Part shown: one piece after another, positions 41,801 to 55,377 of the stretch
How the letters are laid out: every line of letters starts with the position of its first letter
Numbering within the stretch: the first letter of the stretch is position 1
From: Eledone cirrhosa
Taxonomy: Eukaryota
Length of the DNA stretch: 64,000 nucleotides
Reading direction: 5' to 3'
NCBI GenBank assembly: GCA_964016885.1
Contig: OZ024749.1
Span: 10,106,001 to 10,170,000 of the forward strand
Made by a program: the position numbers and the translations under genes
The notes under the pieces: model-generated
Told to the model about the DNA's origin: nothing
What the model saw: the letters and a program-made list of their open reading frames with translations, nothing else
Databases searched by the model: none

Positions 41801-44629
41801 CTCACTCTCCTGCTTGGTACTTGAGTCATACTTTAGACCCAATCCTCACGCTCCTCCTTGGGGCTTGAGTTAGACTTTAGACCCAGTCCTCACTCTCCTC
41901 CTTGGGGCTTGAGTTAGACTTTAGATCCAGTCCTCACTCTCCTCCTTGGGGCTTGAGTTAGACTATTGACCCAGTCCTCACTCTCCTCCTTGGGGCTTGA
42001 GTCAGACTTTAGACCCAGTCCTCACTCTCCTTGAGGCTTGAGTCAGACTTTAGACTTTAGATCCAGTCCTCACTCTCCTTCTTGGGGATTGAGTCAGACT
42101 TTAGACCCAGTCCTCACTCTCCTCCTTGGGGCTCTAATCAGATTTTAGACCCAGTCCTCACTCGCCTTCTTGGGGCTTGAGTCAGACTTTAGACCCAGTC
42201 CTCACTCTCCTCCTTGGGGCTCTAATCAGATTTTAGACCCAGTCCTCACTCGCCTTCTTGGGGCTTGAGTCAGACTTTAGACCCAGTCCTCACTCTCCTC
42301 CTTGGGGTTTGAGTTAGACTTTAGACCTAGTCCTCACTCTCCTCCTTGGGACTTGAGTCAGATTTTAGACCCAATCCTCACTCTCTTCCTTGGCGCTTGG
42401 GTCAGACTTTAGACTCAGTCCTCACTCTCCTCCTTGGGACTTGAGTCAGAATTTAGACCCAATCCTCACTCTCCTTCTTGGGGCTAGAGTCAGACTTTAG
42501 ACCCATTCCTCACTCTCCTTTGGGCTTGAGTCAGACTTTAGTCTTTAGACTCAGTCCTCACTTTCCTTCTTGGGGCTTGAGTCAGACTTTAGACCCAGTC
42601 CTCACTCTCCACCTTGAGACTTGAGTCAGACTTTAGACCCAGTCCTCACTCTCCTCCTTGGGGCTTGAGTCAGACTTTAGACCCAGTCCTCACTCTCCTC
42701 CTTGGGTCTTGAGTTAGTCTTTAGACCCAGTCCTCACTCTCCTTGGGGCTTGAGTCAGACTTTAGACTTTAGACCCAGTCCTCACTCGCCTTCTTGGGGC
42801 TTGAGTCAGACTTTAGACCCAGTCCTCACTCTCCTCCTTCGGGCTTGAGTCAGACTTTAGACTTTAGATGCAGTCCTCACTTTCCTTGCTGCTATAGTTA
42901 GACTTTAGACCCAGTCCCCACTCTCCTCCTTGGGGCTTGAATCAGATTTTAGATCCAGTCCTCACTCTCCTTCTTGGGGCTTGAGTCAGACTGTAGACCC
43001 AGTCCTCACTCTCCTCCTTGGGGCTTGAGTCAGACTTTAGTCTTTAGACTCAGTCCTCACTCTCCTTCTTGGGGCTTGAGTCAGACTTTAGACCCAGTCC
43101 TCACTCTCCACCTTGAGACTTGAGTCAGACTTTAGACCCAGTCCTCACTCTCCTCCTTGGGGCTTGAATCAGACTTTAGACCCAGTCCTCACTCTCCTCC
43201 TTGGGTATTGAGTTAGACTTTAGACCCAGTCCTCACTCTCCTTCTTGGGGCTTGAGTCAGACTTTAGACTTTAGACCCAGTCCTCACTCTCCTTCTTGGG
43301 GCTTGAGTCAGACTTTAGACCCAGTCCTCACTCTCCTCCTTGGGGCTTGAGTCAGACTTTAGACTTTAGACCCAGTCCTCACTCTCTTCCTTGGGGCTTG
43401 AGTCAGACTTTAGACTTTAGACCCAGTCCTCACTCTCCTTCTTGGGGCTTGAGTCAGACTTTAGACTTTAGACCCAGTCCTCACTCTCTTCCTTGGGGCT
43501 TGAGTCAGACTTTAGACTTTAGATCCAGTCCTCACTTTCCTTGCGGCTATAGTTAGACTTTAGATCCAGTCTTCACTCTCCTCCTTGGGGCTTGAGTCAG
43601 ACTTTAGACCCACTCCTCACTCTCCTCCTTGGAACTTGAGTTAGAGTTTAGACCCAGTCCTCACTCTCCTCCTTGGGGCTTGAGTCAGACTTTAGACCCA
43701 GTCCTCACTCTCCTCCTTGGGGCTTGAGTCAGACTTTATACCCAGTCCTCACTCTCCTCCTTGGGGCTTGAGTCAGACTTTAGACTTTAGACCCAGTCCT
43801 CACTCTCCTTGGGGCTTGAGTCAGACTTTAGACTTTAGATCCAGTCCTCACTCTCCTTGGGGCTATAGTTAGACTTTAGATCCAGTCTTCACTCTCCTCC
43901 TTGGGGCTTGAGTCAGACTTTAGACTTTAGACCCAGTCCTCACTCTCCTCCTTGGGACTTGAGTCAGACTTTAGACCCAATCCTCACTCTCTTCCTTGGG
44001 GCTTGGGTCAGACTTTAGACTCAGTCCTCACTCTCCTCCTTGGGACTTGAGTCAGAATTTAGACCCAATCCTCACTCTCCTTCTTGGGGCTTGAGTAAGA
44101 CTTTAGACCCAGTCCTCACTCTCCTTGGGGCTTGAGTCAGACTTTAGTCTTTAGACTCAGTCCTCACTCTCCTTCTTGGGGCTTGAGTCAGACTTTAGAC
44201 CCAGTCCTCACTCTCCACCTTGAGACTTGAGTCAGACTTTAGACCCAGTCCTCACTCTCCTCCTTGGGGCTTGAGTCAGACTTTAGACCCAGTCCTCACT
44301 CTTCTCCTTGGGTCTTGAGTTAGACTTTAGACCCAGTCCTCACTCTCCTTGGGGCTTGAGTCAGACTTTAGACTTTAGACCCAGTCCTCACTCTCCTTGG
44401 GGCTTGATTCAGACTTTAGACTTTAGATCCAGTCCTCACTTTCCTTGGGGCTATAGTTAGACTTTAGATCCAGTCTTCACTCTCCTCCTTGGAACTTGAG
44501 TTAGAGTTTAGACCCAGTCCTCACTCTCCTCCTTGGGGCTTGGGTCAGACTTTAGACTTTAGACCCAGTCCTCACTCTCCTCCTTGGGCTTAAGTTAGAC
44601 TTTAGACCCACTCCTCACTCTCCTCCTTG

Positions 44630-47600
44630 GGCTTAAGTCAGACTTTAGACCCAGTCCCCACTCTCCTCTTTGTGGCTTGAGTCAGAAATTAGACACAGTC
44701 CTCATTCTCCTCTTTGGGGATTGAGTTAGACTTTAGACACAGTCCTCACTCTCCTCCTTGGGGCTTGAGTCAGACTTTAAACCCAGTCTTCACTCTCCTT
44801 GGGGCTTGAGTCAGACTTTAGATTTTAGACACAGTCCTCACTCTCCTTCTTGGGGCTTGAATCAGACTTTAGACTTTAGACCCAGTCCTCACTCTCCTTC
44901 TTGGGGCTTGAGTCAGACTTTAGACCCAGTCCTCACTCTCCTTCTTGGGGCTTCAGTCATACTTTAGACCCAGTCCTCACTCTCCTTCTTGCGGCTTGAG
45001 TCAGACTTTAGACCCAGTCCTCACTCTCCTTCTTGGGGCTAGAGTCAGACTTTAGACCCAGTCCTCACTCTCCTCCTTGGGGCTTGGGTTAGACATTAGA
45101 CCCAGTCCTCACTCTCCTTCTTGGGGCTTGAGTCAGACTTTAGACCCAGTCCCCACTCTCCTCCTTGGGGCTTGAATCAGATTTTAGATCCAGTCCTCAC
45201 TCTCCTTCTTGGGGCTTGAGTCAGATTTTAGACCCAGTCTTCACTCTCCTCCTTGGGGCTTGAGTCAGACTTTAGACCCAGTCCTCACTCTCCTCCTTGG
45301 AACTTGAGTCAGACTTTAGACCCAATGCTGACGCTCCTCCTTGGGGCTTGGGTCAGACTTTAGACCCAGTCCTCACTCTCTTCCTTGGGGCTTGAGTCAG
45401 ACTTTAGACTTTAGACCCAGCCCTCACTCTCCTGCTTGGTACTTGAGTCATACTTTAGACCCAATCCTCACGCTCCTCCTTGGGGCTTGAGTTAGACTTT
45501 AGACCCAGTCCTCACTCTCCTCCTTGGGGCTTGAGTTAGACTTTAGATCCAGTCCTCACTCTCCTCCTTGGGGCTTGAGTTAGACTATTGACCCAGTCCT
45601 CACTCTCCTCCTTGGGGCTTGAGTCAGACTTTAGACCCAGTCCTCACTCTCCTTGAGGCTTGAGTCAGACTTTAGACTTTAGATCCAGTCCTCACTCTCC
45701 TTCTTGGGGATTGAGTCAGACTTTAGACCCAGTCCTCACTCTCCTCCTTGGGGCTCTAATCAGATTTTAGACCCAGTCCTCACTCGCCTTCTTGGGGCTT
45801 GAGTCAGACTTTAGACCCAGTCCTCACTCTCCTCCTTGGGGCTCTAATCAGATTTTAGACCCAGTCCTCACTCGCCTTCTTGGGGCTTGAGTCAGACTTT
45901 AGACCCAGTCCTCACTCTCCTCCTTGGGGCTTGGGTTAGACATTAGACCCAGTCCTCACTCTCCTCCTTGGGGCTTGAGTCAGAATTTAGACCCAGTCCT
46001 CACTCTTCTTGGGGTTTGAGTTAGACTTTAGACCTAGTCCTCACTCTCCTCCTTGGGACTTGAGTCAGATTTTAGACCCAATCCTCACTCTCTTCCTTGG
46101 GGCTTGGGTCAGACTTTAGACTCAGTCCTCACTCTCCTCCTTGGGACTTGAGTCAGAATTTAGACCCAATCCTCACTCTCCTTCTTGGGGCTAGAGTCAG
46201 ACATTAGACCCAGTCCTCACTCTCCTTTGGGCTTAAGTCAGACTTTAGACCCAGTCCCCACTCTCCTCTTTGTGGCTTGAGTCAGAAATTAGACACAGTC
46301 CTCATTCTCCTCTTTGGGGATTGAGTTAGACTTTAGACACAGTCCTCACTCTCCTCCTTGGGGCTTGAGTCAGACTTTAAACCCAGTCTTCACTCTCCTT
46401 GGGGCTTGAGTCAGACTTTAGATTTTAGACACAGTCCTCACTCTCCTTCTTGGGGCTTGAATCAGACTTTAGACTTTAGACCCAGTCCTCACTCTCCTTC
46501 TTGGGGCTTGAGTCAGACTTTAGACCCAGTCCTCACTCTCCTTCTTGGGGCTTCAGTCATACTTTAGACCCAGTCCTCACTCTCCTTCTTGCGGCTTGAG
46601 TCAGACTTTAGACCCAGTCCTCACTCTCCTTCTTGGGGCTAGAGTCAGACTTTAGACCCAGTCCTCACTCTCCTCCTTGGGGCTTGGGTTAGACATTAGA
46701 CCCAGTCCTCACTCTCCTTCTTGGGGCTTGAGTCAGACTTTAGACCCAGTCCCCACTCTCCTCCTTGGGGCTTGAATCAGATTTTAGATCCAGTCCTCAC
46801 TCTCCTTCTTGGGGCTTGAGTCAGATTTTAGACCCAGTCTTCACTCTCCTCCTTGGGGCTTGAGTCAGACTTTAGACCCAGTCCTCACTCTCCTCCTTGG
46901 AACTTGAGTCAGACTTTAGACCCAATGCTGACGCTCCTCCTTGGGGCTTGGGTCAGACTTTAGACCCAGTCCTCACTCTCTTCCTTGGGGCTTGAGTCAG
47001 ACTTTAGACTTTAGACCCAGCCCTCACTCTCCTGCTTGGTACTTGAGTCATACTTTAGACCCAATCCTCACGCTCCTCCTTGGGGCTTGAGTTAGACTTT
47101 AGACCCAGTCCTCACTCTCCTCCTTGGGGCTTGAGTTAGACTTTAGATCCAGTCCTCACTCTCCTCCTTGGGGCTTGAGTTAGACTATTGACCCAGTCCT
47201 CACTCTCCTCCTTGGGGCTTGAGTCAGACTTTAGACCCAGTCCTCACTCTCCTTGAGGCTTGAGTCAGACTTTAGACTTTAGATCCAGTCCTCACTCTCC
47301 TTCTTGGGGATTGAGTCAGACTTTAGACCCAGTCCTCACTCTCCTCCTTGGGGCTCTAATCAGATTTTAGACCCAGTCCTCACTCGCCTTCTTGGGGCTT
47401 GAGTCAGACTTTAGACCCAGTCCTCACTCTCCTCCTTGGGGCTCTAATCAGATTTTAGACCCAGTCCTCACTCGCCTTCTTGGGGCTTGAGTCAGACTTT
47501 AGACCCAGTCCTCACTCTCCTCCTTGGGGCTTGGGTTAGACATTAGACCCAGTCCTCACTCTCCTCCTTGGGGCTTGAGTCAGAATTTAGACCCAGTCCT

Positions 47601-47830
47601 CACTCTTCTTGGGGTTTGAGTTAGACTTTAGACCTAGTCCTCACTCTCCTCCTTGGGACTTGAGTCAGATTTTAGACCCAATCCTCACTCTCTTCCTTGG
47701 GGCTTGGGTCAGACTTTAGACTCAGTCCTCACTCTCCTCCTTGGGACTTGAGTCAGAATTTAGACCCAATCCTCACTCTCCTTCTTGGGGCTAGAGTCAG
47801 ACATTAGACCCAGTCCTCACTCTCCTTTGG
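44630..47830 (+). repeat. Higher-order tandem duplication of 1,600 bp
   Basis: Identical variant strings at 44701/46301 and 46201/47801, and ORF entries 44758/46358. Confidence 0.9.
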
Positions 47831-50800
47831 GCTTGAGTCAGACTTTAGACCCAGTCCTCACTCTCCTCCTTCGGGCTTGAGTCAGACTTTAGACTTTAGA
47901 TGCAGTCCTCACTTTCCTTGCTGCTATAGTTAGACTTTAGACCCAGTCCCCACTCTCCTCCTTGGGGCTTGAGTCAGACTTTAGACCCAGTCCTCACTCT
48001 CCACCTTGAGACTTGAGTCAGACTTTAGACCCAGTCCTCACTCTCCTCCTTGGGGCTTGAATCAGACTTTAGACCCAGTCCTCACTCTCCTCCTTGGGTA
48101 TTGAGTTAGACTTTAGACCCAGTCCTCACTCTCCTTCTTGGGGCTTGAGTCAGACTTTAGACTTTAGACCCAGTCCTCACTCTCCTTCTTGGGGCTTGAG
48201 TCAGACTTTAGACCCAGTCCTCACTCTCCTCCTTGGGGCTTGAGTCAGACTTTAGACTTTAGACCCAGTCCTCACTCTCTTCCTTGGGGCTTGAGTCAGA
48301 CTTTAGACTTTAGACCCAGTCCTCACTCTCCTTCTTGGGGCTTGAGTCAGACTTTAGACTTTAGACCCAGTCCTCACTCTCTTCCTTGGGGCTTGAGTCA
48401 GACTTTAGACTTTAGATCCAGTCCTCACTTTCCTTGCGGCTATAGTTAGACTTTAGATCCAGTCTTCACTCTCCTCCTTGGGGCTTGAGTCAGACTTTAG
48501 ACCCACTCCTCACTCTCCTCCTTGGAACTTGAGTTAGAGTTTAGACCCAGTCCTCACTCTCCTCCTTGGGGCTTGAGTCAGACTTTAGACCCAGTCCTCA
48601 CTCTCCTCCTTGGGGCTTGAGTCAGACTTTATACCCAGTCCTCACTCTCCTCCTTGGGGCTTGAGTCAGACTTTAGACTTTAGACCCAGTCCTCACTCTC
48701 CTTGGGGCTTGAGTCAGACTTTAGACTTTAGATCCAGTCCTCACTCTCCTTGGGGCTATAGTTAGACTTTAGATCCAGTCTTCACTCTCCTCCTTGGGGC
48801 TTGAGTCAGACTTTAGACTTTAGACCCAGTCCTCACTCTCCTCCTTGGGACTTCAGTCAGACTTTAGACCCAATCCTCACTCTCTTCCTTGGGGCTTGGG
48901 TCAGACTTTAGACTCAGTCCTCACTCTCCTCCTTGGGACTTGAGTCAGAATTTAGACCCAATCCTCACTCTCCTTCTTGGGGCTTGAGTAAGACTTTAGA
49001 CCCAGTCCTCACTCTCCTTGGGGCTTGAGTCAGACTTTAGTCTTTAGACTCAGTCCTCACTCTCCTTCTTGGGGCTTGAGTCAGACTTTAGACCCAGTCC
49101 TCACTCTCCACCTTGAGACTTGAGTCAGACTTTAGACCCAGTCCTCACTCTCCTCCTTGGGGCTTGAGTCAGACTTTAGACCCAGTCCTCACTCTTCTCC
49201 TTGGGTCTTGAGTTAGACTTTAGACCCAGTCCTCACTCTCCTTGGGGCTTGATTCAGACTTTAGACTTTAGATCCAGTCCTCACTTTCCTTGGGGCTATA
49301 GTTAGACTTTAGATCCAGTCTTCACACTCCTCCTTGGGGCTTGAGTCAGACTTTACACCCACTCCTCACTCTCCTCCTTGGAACTTGAGTTAGAGTTTAG
49401 ACCCAGTCCTCACTCTCCTCCTTGGGGCTTGGGTCAGACTTTAGACTTTAGACCCAGTCCTCAATCTCCTCCTTGGGGCTTGAGTCATACTTTAGACCCA
49501 CTCCTCACTCTCCTCCTTGGGCTTAAGTTAGACTTTAGACCCACTCCTCACTCTCCTCCTTGGGCTTAAGTCAGACTTTAGACCCAGTCCTCACTCTCCT
49601 CTTTGTGGCTTGAGTCAGAAATTAGACACAGTCCTCACTCTCCTCTTTGGGGATTGAGTTAGACTTTAGACACAGTCCTCACTCTCCTCCTTGGGTATTG
49701 AGTCAGACTTTAGACCCGGTCTTCACTCTCCTTGGGGCTTGAGTCAGACTTTAGATTTTAGACACAGTCCTCACTCTCCTTTTTGGGGTTTGAGTTAGAC
49801 TTCAGACTCAGTCCTCACTCTCCTTCTTGGGGCTTGAATCAGACTTTAGACTTTAGACCCAGTCCTCATTCTCCTTCTTGGGGCTTGAGTCAGACTTTAG
49901 ACCCAGTCCTCACTCTCCTTCTTGGGGCTTCAGTCATACTTTAGACCCAGTCCTCACTCTCCTCCTTGGGGCTTGAATCAGATTTTAGATCCAGTCCTCA
50001 CTCTCCTTCTTGGGGCTTGAGTCAGACTTTAGACCCAGTCCTCACTCTCCTTCTTGGGGCTTGAGTCAGACTTTAGACCCAGTCCTCACTCTCCTTCTTG
50101 GGGCTAGAGTCAGACTTTAGACCCAGTCCTCACTCTCCTCCTTGGGGCTTGGGTTAGACATTAGACCCAGTCCTCACTCTCCTTCTTGGGGCTTGAGTCA
50201 GACTTTAGACCCAGTCCTCACTCTCCTCCTTGGGGCTTGAATCAGATTTTAGATCCAGTCCTCACTCTCCTTCTTGGGGCTTGATTGAATCAGATTTTAG
50301 ACCCAGTCTTCACTCTCCTCCTTGGGGCTTGAGTCATACTTTAGACCCAGTCCTCACTCTCCTCCTTGGAACTTGAGTCAGACTTTACACCCAATCCTGA
50401 CGCTCCTCCTTGGGGCTTGAGTTAGACTTTAGACCCAGTCCTCACTCTCCTCCTTGGGGCTTGGGTCAGACTTTAGACTTTAGACCCAGTCCTCACTCTC
50501 CTCCTTGGGGCTTGAGTCAGACTTTAGACTTTATACCCAGTACTCACGCTCCTGCTTGGTACTTGAGTCATACTTTAGACCCAATCCTCACACTCCTCCT
50601 TGGGGCTTGAGTTAGACTTTAGACCCAGTCCTCACTCTCCTCCTTGGGGCTTGAGTTAGACTTTAGATCCAGTCCTCACTCTCCTCCTTGGAGCTTGAGT
50701 TAGACTTTAGACCCAGTCCTCACTCTCCTTCTTGGGGCTTGAGTTAGACTTTTGACCCAGTCTTCACTCTCCTCCTTGGGGCTTGAGTCAGACTTTAGAC

Positions 50801-53800
50801 CCAGTCCTCACTCTCCTTGAGGCTTGAGTCAGACTTTAGACTTTAGACCCAGTCCTCACTCTCCTCCTTGGGGCTTGAGTTAGATTTAGACTCAGTCCTC
50901 ACTCTCCTTCTTGGGGCTTGAGTCAGACTTTAGACCCAGTCCTCACTCTCCTCCTTGGGGCTTGAGTCAGACTTTAGACTTTAGATCCAGTCCTCACTTT
51001 CCTTGCGGCTATAGTTAGACTTTAGACCCAGTCCCCACTCTCCTCCTTGGGGCTTGAATCAGATTTTAGATCCAGTCCTCACTCTCCTTCTTAGGGCTTG
51101 AGTCAGCTTTTAGACCCAGTCTTCACTCTCCTCCTTGGGGCTTGAGTCAGACTTTAGACCCAGTCCTCACTCTCCTCCTTGGAACTTGAGTCAGACTTTA
51201 GACCCAATGCTGACGCTCCTCCTTGGGGCTTGAGTTAGACTTTAAACCCAGTCGTCACTCTCCTCCTTGGGGCTTGGGTCATACTTTAGACCCAGTCCTC
51301 ACTCTCCTCCTTGGGGCTTGAGTCAGACTTTAGACTTTAGACCCAGCCCTCACTCTCCTGCTTGGTACTTGAGTCATACTTTAGACCCAATCCTCACGCT
51401 CCTCCTTGGGGCTTGAGTTAGACTTTAGACCCAGTCCTCACTTTCCTCCTTGGGGCTAGAGTTAGACTTTAGATCCAGTCCTCACTCTCCTCCTTGGGGC
51501 TTGAGTTAGACTTTTGACCCAGTCCTCACTCTCCTCCTTGGGGCTTGAGTCAGACTTTAGACCCAGTCCTCACTCTCCTTGAGGCTTGAGTCAGACTTTA
51601 GACTTTAGATCCAGTCCTCACTCTCCTTCTTGGGGATTGAGTCAAACTTTAGACCCAGTCCTCACTCTCCTCCTTGGGGCTCTAATCAGATTTTAGACCC
51701 AGTCCTCACTCGCCTTCTTGGGGCTTGAGTCAGACTTTAGACCCAGTCCTCACTCTCCTCCTTGGGGCTTGGGTTAGACATTAGACCCAGTCCTCACTCT
51801 CCTTCTTGGGGCTTCAGTTAGACTTTAGACCCAGTCCTCACTCTCCTCCTTGGGGCTTGAGTCAGAATTTAGACCCAGTCCTCACTCTCCTTGGGGTTTT
51901 ATTTAGACTTTAGACCTAGTCCTCACTCTCCTCCTTGGGACTTGAGTCAGACTTTAGACCCAATCCTCACTCTCTTCCTTGGGGCTTGGGTCAGACTTTA
52001 GACTCAGTCCTCACTCTCCTCCTTGGGACTTGAGTCAGAATTTAGACCCAATCCTCACTCTCCTTCTTGGGGCTTGAGTCAGACTTTAGACCCAGTCCTC
52101 ACTCTTCTTGGGGCTTGAGTCAGACTTTAGTCGTTAGACTCAGTCCTCACTCTCCTTCTTGGGGCTTGAGTCAGACTTTAGACCCAGTCCTCACTCTCCA
52201 CCTTGAGACTTGTGTCAGACTTTAGACCCAGTCCTCACTCTCCTCCTTGGGGCTTGAGTCAGACTTTAGACACAGTCCTCACTATCCTCCTTGTGTCTTG
52301 AGTTAGACTTTAGACCCAGTCCTCACTCTCCTTCTTGGGGCTTGAGTCAGACTTTAGACCCAGTCCTCACTCTCCTCCTTGGGGCTTGAGTCAGACTTTA
52401 GACTTTAGACCCAGTCCTCACTCCCCTCCTTGGGGCTTGAGTCAGACTTTAGACTTTAGATCCAATCCTCACTTTCCTTGCGGCTATAGTTAGACTTTAG
52501 ATCCAGTCTTCACTCTCCTCCTTGGGGCTTGAGTCAGACTTTAGACCCACTCCTCACTCTCCTCCTTGTAACTTGAGTTAGAGTTTAGACCCAGTCCTCA
52601 CTCTCCTCCTTGGGGCTTGAGTCAGACTTTAGACCCAGTCCTCACTCTCCTCCTTGGGGCTTGAGTCAGACTTTATACCCACTCCTCACTCTCCTTCTTG
52701 GGGCTTGAGTCAGACTTTAGACTTTAGACCCAGTCCTCACTCTCCTTGGGGCTAGAGTCAGACTTTAGACTTTAGATCCAGTCCTCACTCTCCTTGGGGC
52801 TATAGTTAGACTTTAGATCCAGTCTTCACTCTCCTCCTTGGGGCTTGAGTCAGACTTTAGACTTTAGACCCAGTCCTCACTCTCCTCCTTGGGACTTGAG
52901 TCAGACTTTAGACCCAATCCTCACTCTCTTCCTTGGGGCTTGGGTCAGACTTTAGACTCAGTCCTCACTCTCCTCCTTGGGACTTGAGTCAGAATTTAGA
53001 CCCAATCCTCACTCTCCTTCTTGGGGCTTGAGTAAGACTTTAGACCCAGTCCTCACTCTCCTTGGGGCTTGAGTCAGACTTTAGTCTTTAGACTCAGTCC
53101 TCACTCTCCTTCTTGGGGCTTGTGTCAGACTTTAGACCCAGTCCTCACTCTCCTTGGGGCTTGAGTCAGACTTTAGACTTTAGACCCAGTCCTCACTCTC
53201 CTTGGGGCTTGAGTCAGACTTTAGACTTTAGATCCAGTCCTCACTTTCTTTGGGGCTATAGTTAGACTTTAGATCCAGTCTTCACTCTCCTCCTTGGGGC
53301 TTGAGTCAGACTTTAGACCCACTCCTCACTCTCTTCCTTGGAACTTGAGTTAGAGTTTAGACCCAGTCCTCACTCTCCTCCTTGGGGCTTGGGTCAGACT
53401 TTAGACTTTAGACCCAGTTCTCACTCTCCTCCTTGGGGCTTGAGTCAGACTTTAGACCCACTCCTCACTCTCCTCCTTGGGCTTAAGTCAGACTTTAGAC
53501 CCAGTCCTCACTCTCCTCTTTGTGGCTTGAGTCAGAAATTAGACACAGTCCTCACTCTCCTCTTTGGGGATTGAGTTAGACTTTAGACACAGTCCTCACT
53601 CTCCTCCTTGGGTATTGAGTCAGACTTTAGACCCGGTCTTCACTCTCCTTGGGGCTTGAGTCAGACTTTAGATTTTAGACACAGTCCTCACTCTCCTTTT
53701 TGGGGTTTGAGTTAGACTTCAGACTCAGTCCTCACTCTCCTTCTTGGGGCTTGAATCAGACTTTAGACTTTAGACCCAGTCCTCACTCTCCTTCTTGGGG

Positions 53801-55377
53801 CTTCAGTCATACTTTAGACCCAGTCCTCACTCTCCTCCTTGGGGCTTGAGTCAGACTTTAGACCCAGTCCTCACTCTCCTTCTTGTGGCTTGAGTCAGAC
53901 TTTAGACCCAGTCCTCACTCTCCTTCTTGGGGCTAGAGTCAGACTTTAGACCCAGTCCTCACTCTCCTCCTTGGTGCTTGGGTTAGACATTAGACCCAGT
54001 CCTCACTCTCCTTCTTGGGGCTTGAGTCAGACTTTAGACCCAGTCCTCACTCTCCTCCTTGGGGCTTGAATCAAATTTTAGATCCAGTCCTCACTCTCCT
54101 TCTTGGGGCTTGATTGAATCAGATTTTAGACCCAGTCTTCACTCTCCTCCTTGGGGCTTGAGTCAGACTTTAGACCCAATCCTGACGCTCCTCCTTGGGG
54201 CTTGAGTTAGACTTTAGACCCAGTCCTCACTCTCCTCCTTGGGGCTTGAGTCAGACTTTAGACCCAGTCATCACTCTCCTTCTTGGAACTTGAGTCAGAC
54301 TTTAGACCCAATCCTGACGCTCCTCCTTGGGGCTTGAGTTAGACTTTAGACCCAGTCCTCACTCTCCTCCTTGGGGCTTGGGTCAGACTTTGAACTTTAG
54401 ACCCAGTCCTCACTCTCCTCCTTGGGGCTTGAGTCAGACTTTAGACTTTAGACCCAGTCCTCACTCTCCTGCTTGGTACTTGAGTCATACTTTAGACCCA
54501 ATCCTCACGCTCCTCCTTGGGGCTTGAGTTAGACTTTAGACCCAGTCCTCACTCTCCTTCTTGGGGCTTGAGTTAGACTTTATATCCAGTCCTCACTCTC
54601 CTCCTTGGAGCTTGAGTTAGACTTTAGACCCAGTCCTCACTCTCCTCCTTGGGGCTTGAGTTAGACTTTTGACCCAGTCCTCACTCGCCTCCTTGGGGCT
54701 TGAGTCAGACTTTAGACCCAGTCCTCACTCTCCTTGAGGCTTGAGTCAGACTTTAGACTTTAGACCCAGTCCTCACTCTCCTCCTTGGGGCTTGAGTTAG
54801 ATTTAGACTCAGTCCTCACTCTCCTTCTTGGGGCTTGAGTCAGACTTTAGACCCAGTCCTCACTCTCCTCCTTGGGGCTCTAATCAGATTTTAGACCCAG
54901 TCCTCACTCTCCTTCTTGGGGCTTGAGTCAGACTTTAGACCCAGTCCTCACTCTCCTCCTTGGGGCTTGGGTTAGACATTAGACCCAGTCCTCACTCTCC
55001 TTCTTGGGGCTTCAGTTAGACTTTAGACCCAGTCCTCACTCTCCTCCTTGGGGCTTAAGTCAGACTTTAGACCCAGTCCTCACTCTCCTCCTTGGGGCTT
55101 GAGTCAGAATTTAGACCCAGTCCTCACTCTCCTTGGGGTTTGAGTTAGACTTTAGACTCAGTCCTCACTCTCCTTCTTGGGGCTTGAGTCAGACTTTAGA
55201 ATTCAGACCCAGTCCTCACTCTCCTCCTTGGGACTTGAGCCAGACTTTAGACCCAATCCTCACTCTCCTCCTTGGGGCTTGAGTTAGACTTTAGACCCAG
55301 TCCTCACTCTCCTCCTTGGGGCTTGAGTCGGGCTTTAGACCCAGTCCTCACTCTCCTCCTTGCATCAGGTTTGAAAT

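Larger units (their letters stand above)
1..55362 (+). repeat. Tandem satellite array, 44-bp monomer (main block, runs off the left edge)
   Basis: GACCC recurs at a 44-bp period (e.g. positions 3 and 47). Variants: +7 bp GACTTTA duplication (51 bp), -3 bp in the CTC tract (41 bp), both (48 bp), and -1 bp (43 bp). No inversion seen. Confidence 0.99.

Noticed and set aside
1-55362. CRISPR-like array
   Set aside because: There are no unique spacers, since the whole period is repeated. No cas genes are present and the context is eukaryotic.
1-55362. Satellite-encoded hammerhead ribozyme, as in newt, schistosome and cricket satellites
   Set aside because: The consensus lacks the CUGANGA and GAAA core on both strands; the minus strand has CTGACTC only.
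1-55362. G-quadruplex or H-DNA forming array
   Set aside because: There is only one G4 run per 44 bp on the + strand, and the pyrimidine tract is about 17 nt, interrupted and an imperfect mirror. Support is weak.
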